Source of the DNA: a virus
Taxonomy: Duplodnaviria; Caudoviricetes
Length of the DNA: 27,095 bases
Reading direction: 5' to 3' (one strand)
IMG/VR virus record: IMGVR_UViG_3300020450_000080
Span: 1 to 27,095 of that record
Shown: piece by piece, positions 17,124-26,501 of the stretch
Numbering within the stretch: the stretch's first letter is position 1
Layout of the letters: every line of letters begins with the position of its first letter
Translations under genes and position numbers: made by a program
The notes under the pieces: generated by a model
Seen by the model: only the letters and a program-made list of their open reading frames with translations
What the model was told of the DNA's origin: nothing
Database searches by the model: none

Positions 17124-17845
17124 TAGGGTTGAGCCTCCTCAAGACTAAGTGAAAATTGGTATAAGTTATTAGTTCCTAAACTATATTCTAGGACATCTTT
17201 TGTATTAATAACTCGAATAAGTGGATTTGTAAATACTACTGTGCTTCCTGAAGTTACACTTTTTTCAAAAGGTGGAGAAACATAATATCTTCTCTCACTT
17301 GCAGTATTTAATGCAGAGTCAGAAGATAATTTATTACTTGAATCATGTACTCTTATTATTTTATATGCTTTTAAATGGTTCGAGTCTGCACTATCATTTA
17401 TCGTAATCATATCACCTCTTTCTAAATTCATTCCTGAAGCCGAAGTTCCTGATACTAAAAAATTTGTATCTCCAGAAGCAATCGCTCCACTAACGGATAT
17501 TGTTCCGCTACTTGCAGTTTGTGGCGAAGCGTGCTGTGGAAGTACGACAAAGAAAGGCTTTAATCTGCCTCTTCTTTCCTCTAAAAAATTATTTATTGGT
17601 TCAAATTCTGCCCTTGTCATAGGGTGATATGAAATTTCAATTTTCCAATGATGACCCACAATTGCACGAGTTATAACTCTTCCACTATTAGTACGAGTCA
17701 TAGAGACTGGCTGTTCAGAGGTAAATTTAACGGACGCAAAACCCGGTCCGAAGTCTCCTGCTCCTGCATTAGTAGTAGACCCATCTGGCGCTACGTTAAA
17801 CGCTGGGTCAGGTAATCTATTTGCAAAAGTTCCAAAAGTTGCCAT
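17123..17845 (-). CDS. pb9: Distal tail protein (Dit, T5 pb9-like)
   Basis: RLPDP...GPGFASVKF...NSGR...WKIEISYHPMTR.EF.P...FL; lies between tape measure and hub. Confidence 0.85.
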   Translation of the reverse strand: MATFGTFANRLPDPAFNVAPDGSTTNAGAGDFGPGFASVKFTSEQPVSMTRTNSGRVITRAIVGHHWKIEISYHPMTRAEFEPINNFLEERRGRLKPFFVVLPQHASPQTASSGTISVSGAIASGDTNFLVSGTSASGMNLERGDMITINDSADSNHLKAYKIIRVHDSSNKLSSDSALNTASERRYYVSPPFEKSVTSGSTVVFTNPLIRVINTKDVLEYSLGTNNLYQFSLSLEEAQP

Positions 17846-20800
17846 TAGTAAGACCCTCCAGTTGAATCAAGTGTATCAACGTCTACTTGCTCTAGAAAAC
17901 TTTCTCCATATCCATTTGCTGCTTCTCTTATCATTCCTATTATATTTCCTCTTTGTGATTGTATTGTTTGTTCTAATCCTGCTGCATCTACTGCATGTAT
18001 AGTAAAGTTTACATTTGTTGCCATTTGTTGTTGTATTTGGTCATTTGGTGTTATATCTATAGGCATAGAAGGAGTTATTACTTCTGGACCTCTTTCTCCT
18101 ACAACTACTCCTTCAGAACCAACTGCATAGCCTCTTCTTCCTGAAGCTGCAGGTCTAAAGTTGCTTATATCTCCTCTTCCTGCCTCTCCTCGTAAGTATG
18201 AAAGTTCTCCTCTACTTGCAGTTTGTGCTACATTTACTTCATTTGTTCTATTTCCTACAGATAATGCCCCCACATCAGTTGCAAAACTAGGAGCATCTCC
18301 TGCTACAAAACCTGAATATTGTTGTTTTGAAATCATAGCAACTTGTACCGCACCAATTGCTGCTATAGCTGCTGCAGCCGCTGCTGCTACAGCTGGTCCT
18401 GCTAATGGCATAGCAGATAAAGATGCAAATGCTCCCATAGCTGCTACTGCAGTATTCATAATGGTAAGAGCTATATTCATTTTTTTCTGTTGTTCAAAGT
18501 TTTTTCGAGCCATTGCTTCTTTTTGCATTTCCATTTTGTGAATTTTTATTAAAGACTCTCTTGACTTACCATCTTTTTTCTTTTCAGCTTCTATCTCTCT
18601 ATCTATTCCGGCAATTCTTGCTTTATTATACCCGTCCATTGCTGCACCAACTCCTGCTAACATATTTGCAACTGAGCCCATAATTCCAGCAATATTTTTA
18701 ACTGTCACTGTTCCAGCAGCTTCTACCGTTTCTAATACTTCTACTATTTCACCAAATCCCATACTAACTGAACTCATAAATTGACTTATACCAACAATTC
18801 CTGCACCTTCGGGTCCGAATACTGAGTGCATAAGTTGTCCAAATTGAGCAAATCTTTCTCCTATTACAATTAAACTAGCTCCTAGCATCGATTCCATATT
18901 TTGCATCAATTCACCAAATCTAAGCAAAAACGACTCAGGGCTAAAAAGCAATGTCATCGCTTTTCCTAATATTGCACCACCATCAGTTTGAGTTAATAAG
19001 TTTTCTCCTAAATCGCCAAAAAATTTGCTATATGCTTTAGTCAGTTCTGCAGCATTCTTTTGTGCTGCTGCTGTATTATTCTTATTAGTTTGGTTGAATT
19101 GTTCTTCTGTTGCTGAATACCCCTCTTTAAGAGCTGTAAATAATGTCCCATATGCTGAAATTTGGTCATCAATATTACTTAAATTAATATCTTTATTTTG
19201 CTCTTGTAATTCTTTAAGTCTTTCTTCCTCTTCTACACTAAATAAAGTTCTATCAGTCAGTGAAAACGGACTCGTGAACATAGTCCCTGGTATTTGTTTT
19301 GTTGCAGCTTTTTGTCGTTTTTCTAATTCTTTTTGTCTTGCAATATTTGCATCTCTTGCTTTCTTTTCTGCTTTCAATTCTTCTAATTTTGCTTGAGTTT
19401 GTGCTTGTTGAATTTTATTATTAGCTTTAAATACTTCATTTTCTGCTTTTAATATAGCCATTCTAGCCTCTGCTTCTTTTTCAGCAAGTTTAAATTTTTC
19501 TTGTGCTATTTCAAGATTTCGTAGTGCAGTTCTAGCAGTAAGTTTATCTGTTTCTATTCCTTGCTGTTTAAAAGTGATGTCCTTTGTTTCCTCAGTTAAA
19601 TTTTTAATTTGATTTCTTATTTTTTCTTCTTCTCTTATTAACTTATTTAAGTTTTCTTGTTCTTTTACTGCTGCAAGAGCTGCTTCAGCTTTTACTATTG
19701 TATCATCTGCTATTTTATTTTCTAAAGTTTGAATTTCTTGTAGTAAAGACTTTTCTAATTCTAATGCTGCCTTAGCAACTCCGTCAGCACGTAATTCTTC
19801 CTCAGTTAAGCTTTTTGCTCTCTTAATTGCTCCGTCATTTAGCTGTAATAATAGTTTTTTACCTCTTATTTCTTCTTGAGTTACAACATTATTTAAAGCT
19901 TGAGTTGCTAATACTCGTGATTCTCCTTTTCCTAATTTGTCTATTAATTTAACTCTTTGTTGAACATCTTTAGCTAAAGCTTTTTGTGTAATTTCTTGCT
20001 GTCTTAATGAATCAAGAATGGCAACTACTCCAGGTAATTCTTTGTCTACTATCTCACCTTGTTTAATTTGTTGTTGTTTTATTAATTGTTTTTGTTGTGC
20101 AATGGCTTGTACATTATCTTTTAAATTTTGTCCAGTTAATAATTTACCTTGTTCAATTAATTTATTTAATTTTTGTTTTTGTGCATTTAGTTTTTTACCT
20201 GCAGCTAATGCTTCAGGACCTAGTAATAGTCTTACATTTGTTCCTATATCTTGTACTGCTTCTGCTACAGCGACTGCTACATCTACTTGACCTTCTACTG
20301 CTTGTTCTTTTACTCCGATTAGTTCTCTTTGAATACTACTTACATTTGCAAATACTTGGTCAAACTTTGTAGACTCTTCAGTACTTCGCATAAATTTTCC
20401 AACTTCTTTTTCAGCTTCTTTAAAGCCTGTTGATACTCCATCAACAGCTTCTGCTAATCCTGTAAATCTAGCTTCAAGTGTTTCAAAAAGCTGACCAACT
20501 CTTGTTGACATTTCTACACCTGAAAGTTTTGCATCACCTAATCTATGAATAAACTGACGTAAACTACCTCCAGTTAAGTCTTCTATTGCTCCAGATACTC
20601 GAGTTGAATTTTTTTCAAGTTCTATTAATGATTGAGTAAATGCATCTGCTTGAATAAATTCTTCAGCATCTATCTTAGCAAAAGCTAAGTTTGAAGGCGT
20701 GTTTGTCATAACAGCAGCAACCCCTCTAAAAGCTTTCTCAAATGCTCCCATTTGACTAACACTCTCAGGACCTTGTCCTGCTGCATTTAAAGCAGATTGT

Positions 20801-22695
20801 GTTTTTAGTGCTTGGTCGCCTACAGTCTTAAATAAGCCTCCAAGAACTCTAAACTCCGCTGTTAAAATTTTTGTATTAACACTTGCTCGTTTTTGAGATT
20901 CTGCAAGAGCGTCCATTTTTTTCGGAATATCATTAAGAACTCCGTCTAAATCCTCTAGTGCTGCATTAGCTGCTTCACTTTCATCTGTTACGAACCCAAG
21001 TACTCTTGCAAAAAATTTAAAAACATCTTTTAATATAGTAAAAGCAAAAAATACCTGTCCAAGTATAGGTATTGAATTTAGTAGTATAAGTCCAAAGCTT
21101 TTAATTGCAAGTCCAGTGGTTTTAAAAGCTGTTCGTACAAAAGCTAGTACTTTAGATAGTTTCATATTTTTAATACCTGCAATTCCAGTTTCAAAATTAA
21201 TTCGGACAAGTTCAGCATAGTAAGTTTTTGAAGCAGAACTTATTCCTGTAAATACATTTTTAAGTTGTTTAAGTTTATCCTGATATCCAAAGGTTTGTCG
21301 ACCTGCTTCTTCTATAACATCAATTTGTGCATCAGCAAAAGTTAAATTAGCTTCAGAAATTTCTAATGCTCGAGTAGCTTGTGCACTTACTTCTACATTT
21401 TGTAGATTTCTAACTTCTTGTTGAGTATCTTTTAATAAATTTATTCTTCGTGCTAAACCTTTGTTGCTTCTTCCATTTACTTTTTCAAATTCTTTTTGTT
21501 CTCTAGTAAGTTGTCCAATCTTTTGACCTAAACTTCTATTTGCACTCTTTAATTCATCAGCTGTTGCTTTTCCTTGTTTCATTTTTCCAAATATAGCATC
21601 AAAAGTTTTTAGTCCTTCTTTATTTGGTTTTATTGTTTCAGCAATAGCTCGCTGAGCACCTGCCCCTGCATCAATTGCTCCTTTAATTGAATTTCTTGCA
21701 GCTGCAGCTGCGTCTTTAGCACCCTGTGCCATATCCCCAAATGCTGGAATCATTCTTTTAACAATTCCACCTGAAAAGATAGTTACTGCTCCTAGAAATA
21801 ATCCTGGTGAAGATAATAGTGCGCTAACTAATCCTTTAAGAGGTACATTAATAAAATTTAATATATTTTTAGTTAAGTCTGCGAAAGCCGCTGAGAGTTG
21901 GTCATAGGGGTTAGGGTCTACCTCTGCTAGCGCTGAGAATTTGTCTCGACCCTCTGTAATAATAGCATTTACAAATGCTTGTTGTCTTTCAAACCTTGTT
22001 AAGTTTCCTGCTGCTTTACCTAATGTTGCTGCAAAGTTTTCTGTAGCATCATCAAGACGAACCATAATACCTAATTCATCTAAAATTTCTGGTTCTAGTT
22101 TTATAGCACCTCGAGTCAATCTATCAAGTGCATCTCCCATATCTCTACCAAGTGCAAGTGAAGCATTTCGAGCAACTTCAGTTAAACCTTCCATTTCAGT
22201 AACTCCAAAACCAGCACTTGTAGCAACTGCAGCTGTAGTCATTGCTTGTTCTAGTGATACTGCATTTCCTGTTGCTTCTTTCAGTTTTCTTGCTACTAAA
22301 TCTAAAGATTGACCAGTTTGATTACTAAAAGTTTCTAAACCTTCACCTAATTTTTCAACAGCTGCAGCTCTTGATAAAGCTCCGAAAGCTGCTGTAACAG
22401 CAAAGATGTTTGCGGCTAGTACTGCATATGCTCCTACAAGAGCACCTGCCCCACCTGAGCCGCCTCCACCTATTGTTTGATTTAATTTAGAAAAGCTTTT
22501 TGTAGCGTTAGCTGTACCTATGGTGCCTTGTTCAAATCGACCATAAGTTTTCTTCGATTGTTTTTCTAATTTTTCACTACTCCTAGAGGCTTTATCTGTA
22601 CTTTTAGATAACTTTTCTGTATCTTTTGCAACTACAGAAAGCTTGTTGCCTTTTTGAACAACCTCTAATTGTATTAAAATATTACTATCTGCCAT
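17845..22695 (-). CDS. pb2: Tape measure protein (T5 pb2-like), 1616 aa
   Basis: YAVLAANIFA, LGRDMGDALDRLTRGAIKLEPEILDELGI, long Ala/Lys/Glu coiled coils, hydrophobic segments, C-terminal VGERGPE. Confidence 0.93.
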   Translation of the reverse strand: MADSNILIQLEVVQKGNKLSVVAKDTEKLSKSTDKASRSSEKLEKQSKKTYGRFEQGTIGTANATKSFSKLNQTIGGGGSGGAGALVGAYAVLAANIFAVTAAFGALSRAAAVEKLGEGLETFSNQTGQSLDLVARKLKEATGNAVSLEQAMTTAAVATSAGFGVTEMEGLTEVARNASLALGRDMGDALDRLTRGAIKLEPEILDELGIMVRLDDATENFAATLGKAAGNLTRFERQQAFVNAIITEGRDKFSALAEVDPNPYDQLSAAFADLTKNILNFINVPLKGLVSALLSSPGLFLGAVTIFSGGIVKRMIPAFGDMAQGAKDAAAAARNSIKGAIDAGAGAQRAIAETIKPNKEGLKTFDAIFGKMKQGKATADELKSANRSLGQKIGQLTREQKEFEKVNGRSNKGLARRINLLKDTQQEVRNLQNVEVSAQATRALEISEANLTFADAQIDVIEEAGRQTFGYQDKLKQLKNVFTGISSASKTYYAELVRINFETGIAGIKNMKLSKVLAFVRTAFKTTGLAIKSFGLILLNSIPILGQVFFAFTILKDVFKFFARVLGFVTDESEAANAALEDLDGVLNDIPKKMDALAESQKRASVNTKILTAEFRVLGGLFKTVGDQALKTQSALNAAGQGPESVSQMGAFEKAFRGVAAVMTNTPSNLAFAKIDAEEFIQADAFTQSLIELEKNSTRVSGAIEDLTGGSLRQFIHRLGDAKLSGVEMSTRVGQLFETLEARFTGLAEAVDGVSTGFKEAEKEVGKFMRSTEESTKFDQVFANVSSIQRELIGVKEQAVEGQVDVAVAVAEAVQDIGTNVRLLLGPEALAAGKKLNAQKQKLNKLIEQGKLLTGQNLKDNVQAIAQQKQLIKQQQIKQGEIVDKELPGVVAILDSLRQQEITQKALAKDVQQRVKLIDKLGKGESRVLATQALNNVVTQEEIRGKKLLLQLNDGAIKRAKSLTEEELRADGVAKAALELEKSLLQEIQTLENKIADDTIVKAEAALAAVKEQENLNKLIREEEKIRNQIKNLTEETKDITFKQQGIETDKLTARTALRNLEIAQEKFKLAEKEAEARMAILKAENEVFKANNKIQQAQTQAKLEELKAEKKARDANIARQKELEKRQKAATKQIPGTMFTSPFSLTDRTLFSVEEEERLKELQEQNKDINLSNIDDQISAYGTLFTALKEGYSATEEQFNQTNKNNTAAAQKNAAELTKAYSKFFGDLGENLLTQTDGGAILGKAMTLLFSPESFLLRFGELMQNMESMLGASLIVIGERFAQFGQLMHSVFGPEGAGIVGISQFMSSVSMGFGEIVEVLETVEAAGTVTVKNIAGIMGSVANMLAGVGAAMDGYNKARIAGIDREIEAEKKKDGKSRESLIKIHKMEMQKEAMARKNFEQQKKMNIALTIMNTAVAAMGAFASLSAMPLAGPAVAAAAAAAIAAIGAVQVAMISKQQYSGFVAGDAPSFATDVGALSVGNRTNEVNVAQTASRGELSYLRGEAGRGDISNFRPAASGRRGYAVGSEGVVVGERGPEVITPSMPIDITPNDQIQQQMATNVNFTIHAVDAAGLEQTIQSQRGNIIGMIREAANGYGESFLEQVDVDTLDSTGGSY

Positions 22696-23101
22696 GTTTT
22701 TGTTTTATCTTTGCGTGTTCCGCTTTAAGCTTTTCTTGAGAAATTTTGATATTTCTCGCATCTAAATAAAGAAGTAAATCAAGTATAGTTTCTTCTAAAT
22801 GTTTAGGTATATGTTTTAGTTTAAATAATAATTTTAGATTAGTATAGTCTTTGCCTACATACCCAACATCAGGGTATATTCTATCTCCTAAACTATTAAA
22901 TATTTCTACAGTATCCCACAAACGCTCAGGAAAATCTTCCCAGTCTGCAGGACATTTTTCCCAATCTACTTCTTGACCAGTTTGCTCACACATCATGAGA
23001 TACTGGTCTTTTGACATTCCTATATCTTTATTGTCCAGATACAGTGTCAGTTGTTTTTTTAGTTTGTCCAGACTCTCTGCTACGAAAATTCTCGAGGTCA
23101 A
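22685..23101 (-). CDS. Tail assembly chaperone, second ORF (T5 p138 / lambda T analogue); likely expressed as a frameshift fusion
   Basis: Overlaps the upstream chaperone by 74 bp in the +1 frame; only a TTG start (alternative ATG at MSKDQYL); lies directly before the tape measure gene. Start uncertain. Confidence 0.75.
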   Translation of the reverse strand: MTSRIFVAESLDKLKKQLTLYLDNKDIGMSKDQYLMMCEQTGQEVDWEKCPADWEDFPERLWDTVEIFNSLGDRIYPDVGYVGKDYTNLKLLFKLKHIPKHLEETILDLLLYLDARNIKISQEKLKAEHAKIKQKHGR

Positions 23102-23477
23102 ACACTACTTCATTTAGCCAATTATCAAACTCAGTCGAATTTTCAACTAAGAGTTTTGCATTGTCTAAGTCGTAGGGTAATTCCGCCTCCTTATCTTGAT
23201 TTTTTAAGTCTACTAAAACTAAATCTTCTAAGTAACCTAACTGTAATCCTTTCCAATTTTTTACAGTAGCTTTAGTAAATTCATCTACAAATTTAGTTTC
23301 ATCAAGACTGTCCTCAAACATTCTTGTCTTTCTATTGAACTTGTTAGTAGTACATCTTTTTCTAAGATTTACTAATTCTTTTCTTGATAGGTTTGCAAGT
23401 TCAACTTCAAAGCCTTCAAGTCCTGGAAATTCAACCCAGGTTGTCTTGGTATCTACCAATAACGATTTTAACTCCAT
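23028..23477 (-). CDS. Tail assembly chaperone (T5 p139 / lambda G analogue)
   Basis: WVEFPG...LSRKEL...CT...VKNWKGL...NS.EFDNW...DLENF; syntenic position; GGAG ribosome-binding site. Confidence 0.85.
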   Translation of the reverse strand: MELKSLLVDTKTTWVEFPGLEGFEVELANLSRKELVNLRKRCTTNKFNRKTRMFEDSLDETKFVDEFTKATVKNWKGLQLGYLEDLVLVDLKNQDKEAELPYDLDNAKLLVENSTEFDNWLNEVVFDLENFRSRESGQTKKTTDTVSGQ

Positions 23478-23489
23478 GTTTTCTCCGTG

Positions 23490-24398
23490 TTAATAAGTTA
23501 TAATTGTATTTAAGTTAGCAGGACTTGAAGTTAATCTAAAGTCTATGACATCTTGAAAAGCTTCTCCTACTTGTATCCTTTTTGTAAACATACAGCCTGT
23601 TAAAGCTGCTTGAAAGAAAGTTCCTCCATTCAATAAAGTTTTAATAGTAATATTACTATTTGTTGAAAAATCAAAAAAACTACTTGAGTTATTTGAAGTT
23701 AAAAACTGAGTAATATTTCCTGATACAACTCTATCTTCTAGAAGGAACCCATTTGGATACATTGCATTAGTATTGTTAGTTACTGAAAGGCTATCTTGTA
23801 AAGTATCATAACCTTTAAATTTAGTATTATTTTGCACAGCTAGTGTAGCGCCTACTAAATTTGGAACATCAGTTCCTCCTAATTCTACATCTAAAACTGG
23901 TGTGATGGGAGTGTATGTTGCACTCGGTGATACTACAGTTCCTGGAACTGTGAAATCTGAACCGCCTACTCTTGTTAATTTTTCTCCACTACCACTTACA
24001 GTTAAAGTTAAAGGACTTTCTACTTCAAATTCAAAATCTCCATCTTTAATATGACAGTTTTCTATTTTGAAAGCACTTTCAGTACTTACAACATACAAGT
24101 CAAAAGTTTTTACTAATTGTTCTCCTGAACTTGTATCATATTCTGTTAAAAGACTTTTTACTATTGTTTCATCTTTTTCTTCTGTAAGATAAACAGCAAA
24201 CGAAAAATTTGCAGGGTTTGCTTTTGTTATTGTTGTCCCTTTAAACATTTTTGTCTGGTCGTGCAAAGTCTTTACTGTGTACGAATCTTCCGCAAATGTT
24301 TGGGAGATTGACACTTCGGGAGTCGTTCTTATAGAATAGCGACTCCCGCCGTGTACTATGAATACAGAGCTTTCTCTACGAAAGTTGTATACTGCCAT
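23490..24398 (-). CDS. Minor tail tube / baseplate tube protein (T5 p140-like)
   Basis: RESSV.IVHGG, SQTFAE....VKTLH, NPANFSFAV; about 300 aa, directly after pb6. Confidence 0.85.
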   Translation of the reverse strand: MAVYNFRRESSVFIVHGGSRYSIRTTPEVSISQTFAEDSYTVKTLHDQTKMFKGTTITKANPANFSFAVYLTEEKDETIVKSLLTEYDTSSGEQLVKTFDLYVVSTESAFKIENCHIKDGDFEFEVESPLTLTVSGSGEKLTRVGGSDFTVPGTVVSPSATYTPITPVLDVELGGTDVPNLVGATLAVQNNTKFKGYDTLQDSLSVTNNTNAMYPNGFLLEDRVVSGNITQFLTSNNSSSFFDFSTNSNITIKTLLNGGTFFQAALTGCMFTKRIQVGEAFQDVIDFRLTSSPANLNTIITY

Positions 24399-24400
24399 GA

Positions 24401-25990
24401 TTAGACCGTATGATTAGTAGTATAAGTACTATCACTGTGTTCAGTGAGTCCTTTATACTTAACAGTCATTTCATCTGCATTTGTTATGTCTGAGCCATGA
24501 GCTGCAAATTCAACACCTACTGAAATCAAGTCTGCGACTTCAATAGTTGGAACCTGTAGATGTGCTCTTGGAAGGTCAAATTCAACGATTGGTGTATCAG
24601 AAGAACCTCCTCCCATAAATAAACTCATATCAAAAGAGTTTCTGACTAAGTCAGTTGCACCAGCCAAATCAGCTAGTAATTGGTTTGAACCATTACCAGA
24701 ACCACTTGAACCTGTAGTATTTAAGTACATAGTTAAGCTTCCACTAATTTGTCTTGCTCCTGAGAAAGAACCAATTGGTTTATCAATAAGTCCTAAAGTT
24801 TCAGGAGTTACATAAGTGATGTTGTTTGCTATAGTTATTGAACCACCTGTGATTGCAATATCATAAGTTTTTGAATCTAGTCCACCACTTGATGCTCCAC
24901 TTCCCTGCTCTGCAGTTGTAAGTGTTAGCGTTGATAATTTGTTTCTTAAATAGTCTGCGTCATCTGGACCAGTAGTATCAACATAATTAAAAGCTTCTGC
25001 ATTATTAATTGATGCATTAGCTGAATATGCTCCACCACTATCTCCTGATGCAGTACTAAATACTGTATTCGGGTCTTCTATTGCAGTAGTAATTTGGTCA
25101 ATAGTAGTTGAATTACCAGACCATGCAATTGTTGCTATTCCATCAATGGAAAAGTCAATTTCTGCTTGGTTTACTTGACATTCATTTAGTCTGTAAGTTG
25201 TATTTTCCAAAGCAAAGAAAATTGAGAGTTTTAATAACTCGTGGTGTTCTGACCTTGCGAAACTAACATCTGCATCAGTTGAATCTAATGTAACTGCTGC
25301 AGCACTTGTTCCAGTTAGTGCACCACCTGTAATGTCTTTACCTGCAATAGCTGCCCATAATATGTTTTCACACATACTATGTGTACCGTCTGTACCACTA
25401 CTGTTTGTACCATGCTTATAAGGTCTTACATAAGTTGAGAAAGACCATTCTGCAGGTGGTAAAGAGTCATTAAATCTCTTTTGTCCTCTGTTTGGAGTTG
25501 CTCCCGCTTCATTGATTACAACATCTGTTGCATCACTTCCTTGAGAGAAGCTATAGCCATCTAATACACCTACTCTGAAAGTATTGGCGTTTGTGCCATT
25601 ACCTTTAAATAAGCCAGTTCCTATTCTAGTACCATCTACTGTAGTTGTTCCTGCAACTGATGCTACTGTAACAACAAGTCCAGTTCCTGAACCTGAAGAA
25701 TCATTTGCATCTCCTTGAGTTAATGTTTCACTATTAGCAAATCCACTTCCTCTAAAGTTGTTAGGTATATGTACTGCTGAAACTGCTCCAGAACCTCCAA
25801 CTGCAGAAACAATAACTTTTGCATTGATTCCACTTCCAGAAGTATCTCCTGCTGCAAAAGTAATAACATCACCGACTGCATGACCAGAACCCGCAGTAGT
25901 AACAGTAGCCGTTCTGATGCCGCCTGTAGCGCCCACACCATTTGCTGAACTGACGTATACCTTGGTATTTCTTGATAGATTAAGTGCCAT
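24401..25990 (-). CDS. pb6: Major tail tube protein (T5 pb6-like), 529 aa
   Basis: LSRNTKVYVS, NEAGATPNRGQKRFNDSL.PAEWSFSTY..PY, CQVNQAEI, YLRNKLS, ITGGSITIANNITYVTPE, PIGSFSG, all resembling T5 pb6 as I recall it; strong AGGAG ribosome-binding site. Confidence 0.95.
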   Translation of the reverse strand: MALNLSRNTKVYVSSANGVGATGGIRTATVTTAGSGHAVGDVITFAAGDTSGSGINAKVIVSAVGGSGAVSAVHIPNNFRGSGFANSETLTQGDANDSSGSGTGLVVTVASVAGTTTVDGTRIGTGLFKGNGTNANTFRVGVLDGYSFSQGSDATDVVINEAGATPNRGQKRFNDSLPPAEWSFSTYVRPYKHGTNSSGTDGTHSMCENILWAAIAGKDITGGALTGTSAAAVTLDSTDADVSFARSEHHELLKLSIFFALENTTYRLNECQVNQAEIDFSIDGIATIAWSGNSTTIDQITTAIEDPNTVFSTASGDSGGAYSANASINNAEAFNYVDTTGPDDADYLRNKLSTLTLTTAEQGSGASSGGLDSKTYDIAITGGSITIANNITYVTPETLGLIDKPIGSFSGARQISGSLTMYLNTTGSSGSGNGSNQLLADLAGATDLVRNSFDMSLFMGGGSSDTPIVEFDLPRAHLQVPTIEVADLISVGVEFAAHGSDITNADEMTVKYKGLTEHSDSTYTTNHTV

Positions 25991-26009
25991 TTTTATCTCC
26001 TATCACATT

Positions 26010-26048
26010 GAAAGGGCTTAGCTAGATTTTTATCTGCTTCGCCGTTTC
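26010..26048 (-). promoter_or_regulatory. Imperfect RNA hairpin in the leader of the major tail gene
   Basis: mRNA sense GAAA-C-GGC-GA-AGC-AGAT-(AAAA)-ATCT-A-GCT-AA-GCC-C-TTTC, beginning right after the upstream stop codon. Folded by eye. Confidence 0.5.
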
Positions 26049-26501
26049 TTAATATCGTACTGTAACTGTCATTTCCCCAATTCCTAAAGGAGAAATTACT
26101 CCTTCATCGGTAGTGATACTATCAACTGTCATTGAAGTAGTCTTACCATTGGGTATTATGCTAGTGTCGTACACTAAAGCATCGCTTTCATCGATAATCT
26201 TTTCGATATCTTCGAATAGCGTTGCTAATTCTTCCTGAGCATCTTCTTCATTTCGAACGTATGCTCTAATTGTTAAATTTAAAAATCTCCATTTAAATCC
26301 TGCTGTCTGATATTCTCTTACTTCATCTCCTGCTATAATGCAGACTTTCGGATATTCTTCTATTTCATCTAAAAACAACATTCTTCCTTTAACATTGTTA
26401 AACACATTTGAGTTATAGGGGTGTTGCCCATTTATTAATTTTATTTTATCTACTATTGCATCTACTATTTTTCGACGCTTTGTTCTGTACTCAGTAGACA
26501 T
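26049..26501 (-). CDS. Tail terminator protein (T5 p142-like)
   Basis: FLDEIEEYP.V....GDEVREY...KWRFL...IRAYV...ITTDEG...PLGIGEM; directly upstream of pb6. Confidence 0.88.
   Translation of the reverse strand: MSTEYRTKRRKIVDAIVDKIKLINGQHPYNSNVFNNVKGRMLFLDEIEEYPKVCIIAGDEVREYQTAGFKWRFLNLTIRAYVRNEEDAQEELATLFEDIEKIIDESDALVYDTSIIPNGKTTSMTVDSITTDEGVISPLGIGEMTVTVRY

Noticed and set aside
3251-22312. Numerous plus-strand ORFs in the track (e.g. 6718..7275, 11626..12132, 18161..18541, 21941..22312)
   Set aside because: Antisense shadows of long minus-strand structural genes, with low-complexity Val/Pro/Ser/Ala translations, mostly non-ATG starts and no recognisable motifs.
25720-25941. 73-aa alternative-frame ORF inside pb6
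   Set aside because: Fully nested in the major tail gene, with no clear ribosome-binding site or motif.
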